Source of the DNA: a bacterium
GTDB lineage: Bacteria; Electryoneota; Electryoneia; Electryoneales; Electryoneaceae
Reading direction: 5' to 3'
DNA: 52,068 bases
Assembly (NCBI GenBank): GCA_043801585.1
Contig: JAZDLX010000074.1
Location: 1 to 52,068 of the forward strand
The notes beneath the pieces are model-generated. The model made no database searches. It saw only the letters and a program-made list of their open reading frames with translations, and was not told the DNA's origin. The position numbers and the translations under genes were made by a program. How positions within the stretch are numbered: position 1 is the stretch's first letter; each line of letters starts with the position of its first letter. This document shows positions 31,708 to 40,639 of this stretch, in pieces.

Positions 31708-32454
31708 TCAGAAGTCCTTTCCTTTTCGCACGGACGGTGGTGTCATTTTCGTATTCTCCAGCACCAAGAGGTTTCCGTCATAGGTGAGTACGCCGAGCAG
31801 GATTGCGCCGATGAGACGGTGCATGCCCACCCAGTAACGGCGTTCACGGCTCCCCTTCATTTTACGGAGTGGGTCTGCAACGAGCACCCTTTGGCGCACC
31901 TGATCCAGTCCGCAGAGAACAACAAAATGACCAGCAGAAGTTCCCAGAATGTCATCGTGCTGGTCATCCCAACCGCGCTCACGCGCCGTACCATAGAGGA
32001 AGGTAGCGGACAATCCTGTCAGAATGGGATTGCCTTTGGAAAGATGTTCCTCGATCAGTCCCGGAGTCAGATCACGCCAGCGCAGCTTTCCTCCACGGTC
32101 AAGGTATTCCATGAACGCTTTTGACGCCGTGTGGAGTTTCTGGTCCGATTTTGCCTTCGCCTGAGCGTTCAGTCGCTGTTTCAGAATTTCCGTTGTGACG
32201 CTCGAACGAAACCAGGTGGGATCGAACATCCGCAGGTCAAAGGTGTACATCGTGGCGCGATATCCGCGCCGAAGGGCATGCAATGCCAACTGGACCGCCA
32301 GGGTTCCTCCAGCGGTCAGTTGAGGTGTCGTTGCAATCACTGCTTCAAGGGGAATGGAATCGCCGTACCAGGCGTACACGGCGTGCAGACAGGTCGGCCC
32401 ACAGGTAGTGTCGTCCGGCTGCTTCTGGATATCCAGGCGCAGCAACTTGCCCAT
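31708..32454 (-). CDS. C39-like papain-fold cysteine peptidase (stand-alone)
   Basis: QPDDTTCGPTCL (Gln, Cys), GHFVVLCG (His), VADP (Asp); no ABC transporter domain. Confidence 0.8.
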   Translation of the reverse strand: MGKLLRLDIQKQPDDTTCGPTCLHAVYAWYGDSIPLEAVIATTPQLTAGGTLAVQLALHALRRGYRATMYTFDLRMFDPTWFRSSVTTEILKQRLNAQAKAKSDQKLHTASKAFMEYLDRGGKLRWRDLTPGLIEEHLSKGNPILTGLSATFLYGTARERGWDDQHDDILGTSAGHFVVLCGLDQVRQRVLVADPLRKMKGSRERRYWVGMHRLIGAILLGVLTYDGNLLVLENTKMTPPSVRKGKDF

Positions 32455-32730
32455 AGTCACCACAAACACGCGCTGCTCTGATCAAACGGGACAGCAGCAC
32501 GACGCCCCGAGGCGATCCCGCCGCCGGATTCGGAGAATAGAGTAAAATCACGGATTCAAGCGGTTGATTAACAACAAGATAGCATGGCGCTGAAGTCCGC
32601 TTGTCCGTGTGAGATCAATGTACGCATTTTTGGAAGGTCAAGATGCAATGGATGATCTTTTGCCTCAGTCTCCATCGACTGCACTTGCATCGGGTATGTC
32701 ACCCCCGCGCTTGTCCCGATCCGTCGGGTC

Positions 32731-32783
32731 GAGTTGAGTGACATTTACCTAATTGGTAGAATTAGGTAACTGTAACTCAACTC
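32731..32783. promoter_or_regulatory. Long inverted repeat in divergent intergenic region
   Basis: 24-nt arms gagttgagtgacatttacctaatt / aattaggtaactgtaactcaactc, 22/24 complementary, 5-nt loop. Function unknown. Confidence 0.5.
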
Positions 32784-32936
32784 CCGAACTCCCGGTGAGA
32801 CCAGGAGTTTGACAGGCCAAACTTTTACGCGTAGATTCCGGCAATGTTCTGGGGGCGCGGTGTTTTCCTGAACGGGAAAACATCGCGCTCTCACGTTATT
32901 GAAAAGTCACCCCATACCGAATAGAGGGAGTACCCG

Positions 32937-33257
32937 ATGTTTGTAGCGATGAACCGGATAACCGTTCAGCCCGATTATGTCGAGCGATTCGAATACCTGT
33001 TCTCCACCCGTGCCAAAGAGGTCGACAGCGAAAAAGGCTTCCTCGAGGCGCAGATCCTCCGCCCCCGGAAGGAGAACCTTCCCTACATCATCATGACCTA
33101 CTGGGAGACCGAGGAGGATTTCAACCGCTGGGTCGAGACCGGCGCGTTCATGAAAGGCCACAGCCGGGGCTTCGGGGACATGAACAAAGCCCGCCAGGAG
33201 GGTAAGCAGGTGCCGATGAAGAGCGACGTCGAAACCTTCGAGGTGTTCGCTCGTTAG
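32937..33257 (+). CDS. ABM-family monooxygenase (IsdG/HmoA-like heme-degrading candidate)
   Basis: MFVAMNRITV (Asn), TYWE..EDF..W (Trp), AF..GH (His); GGGAG RBS. Confidence 0.8.
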   Translation: MFVAMNRITVQPDYVERFEYLFSTRAKEVDSEKGFLEAQILRPRKENLPYIIMTYWETEEDFNRWVETGAFMKGHSRGFGDMNKARQEGKQVPMKSDVETFEVFAR

Positions 33258-33283
33258 TTCGGTTCGGAAACACTTGACAGCTT

Positions 33284-33351
33284 CCCGGCTGGCGGGGCAG
33301 CCGGGCCACCCGTCTACTTGAAACCCGGCTATCAAGCTGGCCGGGCCACCC
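33284..33351 (+). repeat. Two CCCGG-hairpin-CCGGGCCACCC repeats between convergent genes
   Basis: cccggctggcggggcagccgggccaccc and tgaaacccggctatcaagctggccgggccaccc, followed by a T tract; may act as terminator. Confidence 0.8.
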
Positions 33352-33378
33352 ACAATTTTTTATTTGTCTTTTAGAAAC

Positions 33379-34233
33379 TCAGTACGCGATTGCCTGATCG
33401 ATCCAGTCAATCAACGTCTGCTCATACACTGCAATCCCCATGGTCTGTGGAATTGTGCTGTGCTCGGCCCCCGGAACGAGAATCAACCGTTTCGGCTGTG
33501 GAGCATTATCGAACACAATCCTGCCGTTGTCACGCCAGCGAACCTTGGCGTCCGCGTCGCCGTGCAGATGAAGCAGCGGCGTGTGGATGTGTTTGATCCT
33601 CTCCGCGTTGTCAAACGTTCCCTCGGTCAGCCAGCCGCCCGGGAGGTCGAGCAGCGTACTTCCCTGCTGGAGTGAGGTTGCCGAAGCGAAAGGCGCTTCC
33701 GCGATCAGAGTCAGCGGGTCGATCGACTCCGCCGCGAGAGCGATCGAGACAACGTTGCCGAGCGAAAAACCGTAAATCACCAGCGAGTCCGGATCCACCT
33801 CGGAGCGGGAGAGGACAACGTTCAGCGCCTGCCGTCCATCCTCGATCAGACCATCCTCGGATTTCGACGTTCCCTCGGAACGGCCGTACCCCCGATAGTC
33901 GAAGATGAACACGTTGACCCCGAGGTCGTGCAACATCATCACCCGATCCCAATAGTAATCGATATGGTGGTAGTTGCCGTGGCAGTAGAGGAGGGTGATC
34001 CCGGGCCGTTCGCCGGAGGAGGCGACCCAGTAACCGTAGAGGGTGTTGCCTCCGCTGTTGAAGGTCACCTGCTCAAGCAGACTGTCTGGAATGGTGTTAT
34101 CCGGCAGTTCATAACGGTCGAGCTCCAGGGCACTGTAGAGAAATCCATCCAGCGAACAGCCGGTCAGCAGACCGGAGAGCAGCAGCAGGGACAGCAGCGC
34201 GCAGGCTGCCGGGAAGGTTCGAATCGTTTTCAT
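33379..34233 (-). CDS. Alpha/beta hydrolase lipoprotein
   Basis: Lipobox LLTGC, YCHGN, DYRGYGRSEG, GFSLG nucleophile elbow, HGDAD, GAEH. Confidence 0.88.
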   Translation of the reverse strand: MKTIRTFPAACALLSLLLLSGLLTGCSLDGFLYSALELDRYELPDNTIPDSLLEQVTFNSGGNTLYGYWVASSGERPGITLLYCHGNYHHIDYYWDRVMMLHDLGVNVFIFDYRGYGRSEGTSKSEDGLIEDGRQALNVVLSRSEVDPDSLVIYGFSLGNVVSIALAAESIDPLTLIAEAPFASATSLQQGSTLLDLPGGWLTEGTFDNAERIKHIHTPLLHLHGDADAKVRWRDNGRIVFDNAPQPKRLILVPGAEHSTIPQTMGIAVYEQTLIDWIDQAIAY

Positions 34234-34901
34234 CTCAGCCCCCATTCCAGGGCAACGAGTGTCGAGATCGCGCCGTGTCCTGCAACCGGCAGGTATTTCA
34301 CCGCGAGTTGATCGCTCTGCGCGTTTGCCCCCTGCCATTTCATTTCCGTGGAGAGCCACAGGTTGGAGCCAAGCCGCCATTTCACTCCGAGGAAGGGCGA
34401 GAAAATCGCTTTCACGGATTGGCTGTCGTAGTCCGGCAGTGTCATCGGGAGAACAAGATCACTGCCGCCGTAATACAGACGGCTCCCCTTTCTCCAGGCG
34501 AGGGTCGGCGTCACCATCGGGTAGATACGGAAACGGTCACCGATTCCCGAACGCAGGCTGACGAATCCCATCAACCTTGCCTGAAGGCCAATGGTGGGTT
34601 TCCGCTGTTCCTGCAGGATTGGAAACCAGGATGTGGAGAGATCGAGTCCGGCGACTTCATAAGCGAGTGGGAGCAGATGCAGGGTCGCGGCGCCGTTGAC
34701 CCGTTCGCTCACCCCCGTGACGACTCCCGCCGTCAGATAGGGCACGGGGAGATGGGTGCCGAACACTTCGATGATCGGTCCGCCGAACCCAACGTTCGCG
34801 TGAGTGTTTCCTTTTCCGAGCGGTTCGAGGCTCGTTTGTGCGGCACACCCAGTGAAAATCAGGAGAAATGCGAGGAGGGTGCTTCGAGTCAACTTGTTCA
34901 T
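34230..34901 (-). CDS. Hypothetical lipoprotein, beta-strand-rich
   Basis: Lipobox IFTGC; amphipathic beta-strand-like segments; ATGA overlap with hydrolase gene. Confidence 0.65.
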   Translation of the reverse strand: MNKLTRSTLLAFLLIFTGCAAQTSLEPLGKGNTHANVGFGGPIIEVFGTHLPVPYLTAGVVTGVSERVNGAATLHLLPLAYEVAGLDLSTSWFPILQEQRKPTIGLQARLMGFVSLRSGIGDRFRIYPMVTPTLAWRKGSRLYYGGSDLVLPMTLPDYDSQSVKAIFSPFLGVKWRLGSNLWLSTEMKWQGANAQSDQLAVKYLPVAGHGAISTLVALEWGLR

Positions 34902-35200
34902 GGCACAGACCTCACACAAGAAATGACATGCTCCCCCACGCTGATGCTGTTCCGAAATAAAAGCGCCCGTTAAAACGGCAAGGTTGAATTTAGCACCCGA
35001 TAGAGTGCACGACACTGTGTCCTGCCGTCAAACGGGTATTTAATAAATGTAACTATCTTATTTTACTGATCCAAGATGCTGACGACACGCCGACATTTTT
35101 CCCAATCCAGGAGAAAACCGCCCGGTCCGTTTGGGCTTCTTATCGACTTCACCGTACTTTGAAAACGAACAGTCTTCCCGTGGAAAGGCGGATTGGAAAG

Positions 35201-36928
35201 GTGCACAAACTTCTCTTCGTCAGTTCGCCGATGCCCGAACCGGGTATGTTCGCCACCGCCATCGCCCACCGTTACACGGGGGATGAGTGGGAGGCGGAGT
35301 ACGCCTGCGATGTCACTCGTCCGATGATGGATGAAGCCGCGCAACTCCTTCGCGCCAGGGGGTACGATCCCCCGACCGCCCTGCCGCTGCACCTGGATGA
35401 TCTGCAGACCGTTGCCTATGACGCAGTCATCACCTTCTGTGAGTCGTCCATCCAGATCTGTCCTACCTTCTCGGGTCTTCCCGCACGATTCCACTGGCCA
35501 CTGGACCACCTCGTCGATTGCGGCGGCAATCCCACACCAGAGTGCATGAGTGAACTGATGCTCCACCTCGAAGAACGGGTGCGAGCCATTTTCGAGTACA
35601 ATGCACTTGCCGTCGTCACCCAACTTCGTGAGACCTTCACCACCCTGATTGACCACCTGACCGACGGCGTTTTCGCCATCGACCAGGAAGGGAAAGTTTT
35701 TGTATTCAACAGCGCGGTCGAGGAAATCACCGGCTACCGAAACTCCGAGGTGATCGGCCGGGATTGCCAGATGCTGTTTCCCGAATTGAGCAACACTGTT
35801 CGCGTGGAGCTCGCGGAGGATACCACCACTTCCCTGCTGCGTCATCCGGTGCGTTTTGTTACCAAGGACGGATCGATGCTCGACCTAGAAGTCTCGGCGA
35901 TTCCCATTCGTACACCGGACCGTCGAGCGGCGGGAACGCTGGTCATCGTGAGGGATCTGACAGAAGTCAACCGTCTCCGCCGCAGCCTGCAACGGTCAAA
36001 GGGTCTGCACGGAATCGTCGGGCGCAGCGAAAAGATGGCCCGGGTGTTTCAGTCGATCCAGGAACTCGCGCCGGAAACAGTACCCGTTCTTGTCCTGGGG
36101 GAGTCGGGAACGGGCAAAGAGCTCGTCGCTGAGGCGCTGCACCGGCTCAGTCCACGCAGGGACAAACCGTTCGTGCCGGTCAACACCGGAGCATTGCCGG
36201 AAACCATCATCGAGTCCGAACTCTTCGGCCATGTGCGCGGCGCATTCACCGGAGCGATTCGTGACAAGAAAGGCCGGTTCGAACTGGCCGACGAGGGAAC
36301 CCTGTTCCTCGACGAGATCGGCGAGATCAGCCTGCCGATCCAGGTCAAGCTGCTGCGTGTGCTCGAAGAAAAGTCCTTCACTCCGGTCGGAGGAGAAAAG
36401 CCGGTACAGACCGATGTCCGTGTGATCTGTGCGACCAACCGGAACCTGAAGGAGATGGTTGATCAGGGCAGGTTCCGCGAAGATCTCTACTACCGCCTCG
36501 CAGTGGTGCCGATTCAGCTTCCCCCGCTAAGGGATCGAACCGACGATATTCCGTTGCTCGTTGAACATTTCATGGAACAGTTTTCCAACGAAACAGGGCG
36601 GCGGTCCTCAGGGATCAGCGATGGTGCCCTCGATCTGCTCATTCACTGCACGTGGCCGGGAAACGTTCGCCAACTGGCGAACGCGGTGCAGTATGCCCTG
36701 ATCAAATGCCGGGGTGGACAGATCGAGCGCGATCACCTCCCACCCGAACTGCTCGACAACACCCCGTCGATCCGGTCAAGGCAGGCTGGGCGACCGCCTA
36801 AACTCGACCCACAGGAGGTTAAGGACGCCCTGAAGAAAAACCAGGGCAACCGCGCCAAAGCCGCCCGTGACTTGGGCGTCGCCCGCTCGACGTTCTACCG
36901 TTACCTGAAAGAACTCGAGATCAACTGA
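35201..36928 (+). CDS. Sigma54-dependent activator: ArsC/LMW-PTP-like domain + PAS + AAA+ + Fis-type HTH
   Basis: GESGTGKE, ESELFGH, GAFTGA, LFLDEIGE, FREDLYYRL, WPGNVRQL, C-terminal HTH; PAS FNSAVEEITGY..SEVIGR. Start GTG 35201 (alternative TTG 35159). Confidence 0.92.
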   Translation: MHKLLFVSSPMPEPGMFATAIAHRYTGDEWEAEYACDVTRPMMDEAAQLLRARGYDPPTALPLHLDDLQTVAYDAVITFCESSIQICPTFSGLPARFHWPLDHLVDCGGNPTPECMSELMLHLEERVRAIFEYNALAVVTQLRETFTTLIDHLTDGVFAIDQEGKVFVFNSAVEEITGYRNSEVIGRDCQMLFPELSNTVRVELAEDTTTSLLRHPVRFVTKDGSMLDLEVSAIPIRTPDRRAAGTLVIVRDLTEVNRLRRSLQRSKGLHGIVGRSEKMARVFQSIQELAPETVPVLVLGESGTGKELVAEALHRLSPRRDKPFVPVNTGALPETIIESELFGHVRGAFTGAIRDKKGRFELADEGTLFLDEIGEISLPIQVKLLRVLEEKSFTPVGGEKPVQTDVRVICATNRNLKEMVDQGRFREDLYYRLAVVPIQLPPLRDRTDDIPLLVEHFMEQFSNETGRRSSGISDGALDLLIHCTWPGNVRQLANAVQYALIKCRGGQIERDHLPPELLDNTPSIRSRQAGRPPKLDPQEVKDALKKNQGNRAKAARDLGVARSTFYRYLKELEIN

Positions 36929-37038
36929 CTTTCCATGGCCAAGAGAACCAGTGCACTGAATCATAGGCAATGTTGCGCGATTGCATGTCGCGAGCTCAAT
37001 CAGCTGAACAATGTGATATTCATCTGCCTGCTTCAGAA

Positions 37039-37114
37039 AAATGTACCAGGTACATTTATTCAACAACCTGACTATCGCTTAAATCCTGATTTTAAAATGT
37101 ACCTGGTACATTTT
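37039..37114. promoter_or_regulatory. Pair of palindromes AAATGTACC(A/T)GGTACATTT
   Basis: Copies at 37039-37057 and 37094-37114, reverse complements of each other; operator or REP-like doublet. Confidence 0.5.
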
Positions 37115-37207
37115 TCTGTGAAATATATCTCAAACAATCGTTGCCTGACGCGACGACTCGCCTTACCAAATCGTCCTGAAAACATGTGTTGTCTTTCAAT
37201 ACATGTG

Positions 37208-37346
37208 TGTCCGATAATTATTACAGGACATTCGAACTCTCCTCTACTTTTTCAATTAACTCATTGTTTATCATAAGTAAATATTGTTACAAATCCCACA
37301 AATCTTTCGCGACACCCGCTGGGAAAAGTGTCCTGTAATTGTCCTG
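37208..37346. promoter_or_regulatory. Candidate upstream activator sites
   Basis: TGTCC-N13-GGACA (37208-37230); ATTACAGGACA is mirrored by TGTCCTGTAAT (37329-39); 100-240 bp upstream of the -24 box. Confidence 0.45.
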
Positions 37347-37445
37347 ATCGTTTGGGCTTCCGAAACCGAGTTATTTTAACATCCGCCTGTTGAACTTCTT
37401 CGTTTTACTCAACTTAAAATACCGTTTGTGAAGCATCGTGCAAAC

Positions 37446-37460
37446 TGGCATACCCATTGC
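37446..37460 (+). promoter_or_regulatory. Sigma54 (-24/-12) promoter
   Basis: TGGCATACCCATTGC: GG-N10-GC spacing matching TGGCA..TTGC, downstream of a sigma54 activator gene. Confidence 0.85.
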
Positions 37461-37510
37461 CATTATGTACCATGATTCACATGATAACGTTCCTGTTTCA
37501 GGACAGCTCG

Positions 37511-37801
37511 ATGATGGAAAAGCACAACCAGAACCTGCTCGAAGTGCTGCGGTTGACGCAGACGATGCTCGACCTCGCTGAACGGGGGGACGAGGAACGT
37601 GTCGACACGGGGTGCGGCGTTCTTTACGGAACCCTCCGTGACGCGGCGTTCAAAATCCGCCGACTCGCGCTCGACGAGCGGGATGTGCACATCGCGATGG
37701 AGATGTGGGATGGCGAGGGGCCCCTTCACCACGAACAGAAACTGGCTTCGAACGAAGGCGAATGCGTTGATTTTTCTTTAGCCTCTCTTGTGACGAAATG
37801 A
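37511..37801 (+). CDS. Small hypothetical protein, first gene of the sigma54 operon
   Basis: AGGA then ATG 37511; helical sequence with GD..R.DTGCGVLYG..RD motif. ORF-track start 37457 lies inside the promoter. Confidence 0.65.
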   Translation: MMEKHNQNLLEVLRLTQTMLDLAERGDEERVDTGCGVLYGTLRDAAFKIRRLALDERDVHIAMEMWDGEGPLHHEQKLASNEGECVDFSLASLVTK

Positions 37802-37848
37802 ACAATATCTGACCGATCCGAACCCGGATAAAGCTTATCGAGGAAACG

Positions 37849-40044
37849 ATGGCCATTCAGATGCGGCGAAGGACATTCATCAAACTCGCCGGAGGCGCGG
37901 CCGCTGGAGCCGCGATGACGTACGGTCTCGGGGGTACGGTGCTGCAGGCGGCCCTGGTGGAAACCAGGGGCAAGAGCGAGGTCCGCGAAATACCGACCTT
38001 CTGCGAGCTGTGCTTCTGGAAATGCGGGATGATCGCGAAGGTACGCGACGGAAAAGTTGTCAAACTCGAAGGCAATCCCCGTCACCCGCTCTCAAACGGC
38101 AAACTCTGTCCCCGAGGCAACGGCGCGACCGGGCTTACCTATGATCCAAACCGGATCAGGCAGCCGATGATCCGCGTCTCCAAGCGCGGAGGCGACGAAT
38201 TCCGTCCAGAGACCTGGGACAAAGCGCTCGATTTCACCGCTGAAAAGATGGACCAGATTCGCCGGCAATACGGTCCCGAGTGCATTGCGCTGTTCAACCA
38301 CGGCTACGGCGCCAGCCAGTTCCAGCATCTCTGGAAGGCCTTCGGAAGTCCCAACATCGCGGCACCCTCCTACGCCCAGTGCCGTGGTCCGCGCGAGGTT
38401 GGTTTTGACCTCACTTACGGCGAAGAGATCGGCAGTCCGGAGCGTGTGGACATTGCGAACACACGGATGCTCGTCCTTTTGGGCAGCCACCTGGGCGAGA
38501 ACATGCACAACACCCAGGTGCAGGAATTCGCCCACGCGGTCGCCAACGGCGCGAAGATCGTCGTTGTCGACCCGCGTTTCTCCACAGCAGCCGGAAAAGC
38601 GCACTATTACCTGCCGATCAAGCCGGGCACCGACATGGCCCTGCTGCTGGCGTGGATGCATGTGATCATCAACGAGGGACTCTACGACAAGGAGTATGTC
38701 GCGCAGTACACCATCGGCTTCGACCAGCTCCGCGCTCATGTGCAGCCCTACACACCGGAACGAGTGTGGACGATCACCGGAATCAAGCCGGAGCTGATCC
38801 GTGCCACGGCCCGTGAGATGGGCCACCAGAAACCGGGTGTGCTGATCCACCCGGGACGGCATGTCACCTGGTACGGCGACGATACACAGCGCGTCCGCGC
38901 CATTGCGATGCTGACGGCGCTGCTCGGAGCCTGGGGCCGCAAGGGCGGTTACTTTTACCCCGGCAGCGTGGACGTCCCCGGATTCCCGATTCCCGACTAC
39001 CCGAAACCAAACCGCAGCCGTGCGGACCTGATGGTCAAGGAATATCCCCTCGCCTCCCACGTACTGGCGAGCGGCCTCTGCGACGCCACCTTCCCCGTTC
39101 CCAACAGGCAGTGCCAGATCAAAAGCTGGTTCGTTTACGGCACCAATCTGTTGAACAGCCTCCCGAAACCCGAACAGACCCGGCAGGCGCTGGAAAACCT
39201 GGAATTTGTCGCGGTATCGGACGTGCTGCCGATGGAGATCACCGGTTGGGCAGATGTGATTTTGCCCGACGACACCTTCCTCGAGCGCTATGACGATCTG
39301 CACGTCGGCGCGTGGCGCGAGCCCTTCATCAGCCTGCGCCAGCCGGTAATCGATCGTCTCTACGACACCCGCCCGCCGTGGTGGGTGGCTAAGGAGTTGG
39401 GCAAACGCCTCGGCCTTGAAGAGTACTTCCCGTGGAATGACATCGAGGACTACCTCCGCCAGCGGCTCGCACCGACAGGAATCACCCTCGAACGGCTCAA
39501 GGCGGAGGGCGCTGTGACCTTCCCGAAACAGCCTCTCTATTTCGAGGACGGCATTCAACCGGAATTCTGGACGGAGTCGGGCAAGATCGAGTTGTACAGC
39601 AGCAAACTGGCACGCCAAGGCCACGACCCGATGCCGACCTACACCAACCATGGAGACCCACCCGACGGCTATTACCGGCTTCTGTTCGGACGCGCCCCGA
39701 TGCACACCTTCGGCCGCACGACGAATAACCGGGTGCTCAACCGGATCATGGACGAGAACGAAATCTGGGTGAACCGCAAGGAAGCGGCGAAGTGGCGTCT
39801 CAGCGGCGGCCAGATGGTGAGGTTACAGAATCAGGACGGCGTCCTATCCGCCCCGATCCGTGTCAAGGTCACCGAGCGGATCCGTTCCGACGCGGTGTTC
39901 ATGGTTCACGGATTCGGCCACACGTCAAAGCGGTTGTACAACCACAAAGGGGCCAACGACAGCGAGCTGATTACCAATTACAAGACGGACCCGATCATGG
40001 GCGGCACGGGCATAAACGTCAACTTCGTCACCTTCATCGTCTAA
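37849..40044 (+). CDS. psrA: Polysulfide/thiosulfate reductase molybdopterin catalytic subunit (PsrA/PhsA-like)
   Basis: Tat motif RRTFIK; CELCFWKC..C [4Fe-4S]; AQCRGP candidate Cys Mo ligand; VVDPRFS, PIKPGTD, ADVILP..TFLER. Confidence 0.85.
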   Translation: MAIQMRRRTFIKLAGGAAAGAAMTYGLGGTVLQAALVETRGKSEVREIPTFCELCFWKCGMIAKVRDGKVVKLEGNPRHPLSNGKLCPRGNGATGLTYDPNRIRQPMIRVSKRGGDEFRPETWDKALDFTAEKMDQIRRQYGPECIALFNHGYGASQFQHLWKAFGSPNIAAPSYAQCRGPREVGFDLTYGEEIGSPERVDIANTRMLVLLGSHLGENMHNTQVQEFAHAVANGAKIVVVDPRFSTAAGKAHYYLPIKPGTDMALLLAWMHVIINEGLYDKEYVAQYTIGFDQLRAHVQPYTPERVWTITGIKPELIRATAREMGHQKPGVLIHPGRHVTWYGDDTQRVRAIAMLTALLGAWGRKGGYFYPGSVDVPGFPIPDYPKPNRSRADLMVKEYPLASHVLASGLCDATFPVPNRQCQIKSWFVYGTNLLNSLPKPEQTRQALENLEFVAVSDVLPMEITGWADVILPDDTFLERYDDLHVGAWREPFISLRQPVIDRLYDTRPPWWVAKELGKRLGLEEYFPWNDIEDYLRQRLAPTGITLERLKAEGAVTFPKQPLYFEDGIQPEFWTESGKIELYSSKLARQGHDPMPTYTNHGDPPDGYYRLLFGRAPMHTFGRTTNNRVLNRIMDENEIWVNRKEAAKWRLSGGQMVRLQNQDGVLSAPIRVKVTERIRSDAVFMVHGFGHTSKRLYNHKGANDSELITNYKTDPIMGGTGINVNFVTFIV

Positions 40045-40060
40045 GAGGAGATCCGGAATC

Positions 40061-40600
40061 ATGGCACGCTATGGAATGGCGATAGATACAAAGCGGTGCG
40101 TCGGCTGCCACGCTTGCGTGATCTCCTGTTTCATGGAGAACGATGTCCCTGAAGGATACACCCGGGCATGGATCACCGAAACGGTCACCGGGGAGTTTCC
40201 CGAACTGACCGCGGAGATCCACTCGCAGCGGTGCAATCATTGCGATGACGCACCTTGCGTGGAGGTCTGTCCCACCGGCGCTTCCTACATCGACGAGAAA
40301 ACCGGCACGGTGCAGATCGACGCCAGCAAATGCACAGGTTGCAAAGCGTGCATCGCCGCTTGCCCCTATGACGCGCGATTCGTTCATCCCGAGGGGTACG
40401 CGAGCAAGTGCACCCTGTGTATACACCGAATCACGAACGGCGAAACGACCGCCTGCGCGCAAACCTGTCCGACCTCAGCGGTTGTCGTCGGCGATCTCGA
40501 CGATCCCGGCAGCGAGGTAAACCGTGTGATGCATGGTCGTAAGATCAAGACACTGAAACCGGAAGCCGGCACAAAGCCGAAAGTCTACTACCTCGGTTAG
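40061..40600 (+). CDS. psrB: Four-cluster [4Fe-4S] subunit (PsrB/NrfC-like)
   Basis: CVGCHAC..C, CNHCDDAPC..VCP, CTGCKAC..ACP, KCTLC, C.QTCP. Confidence 0.88.
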   Translation: MARYGMAIDTKRCVGCHACVISCFMENDVPEGYTRAWITETVTGEFPELTAEIHSQRCNHCDDAPCVEVCPTGASYIDEKTGTVQIDASKCTGCKACIAACPYDARFVHPEGYASKCTLCIHRITNGETTACAQTCPTSAVVVGDLDDPGSEVNRVMHGRKIKTLKPEAGTKPKVYYLG

Positions 40601-40639
40601 AGTGAACACCGCGTAAGCGATCAACGATAGGAAACGACC

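Noticed and set aside
36935..37276. 113-aa ORF after the sigma54 activator
   Set aside because: Lies in AT-rich regulatory DNA across the palindromes; no protein features.
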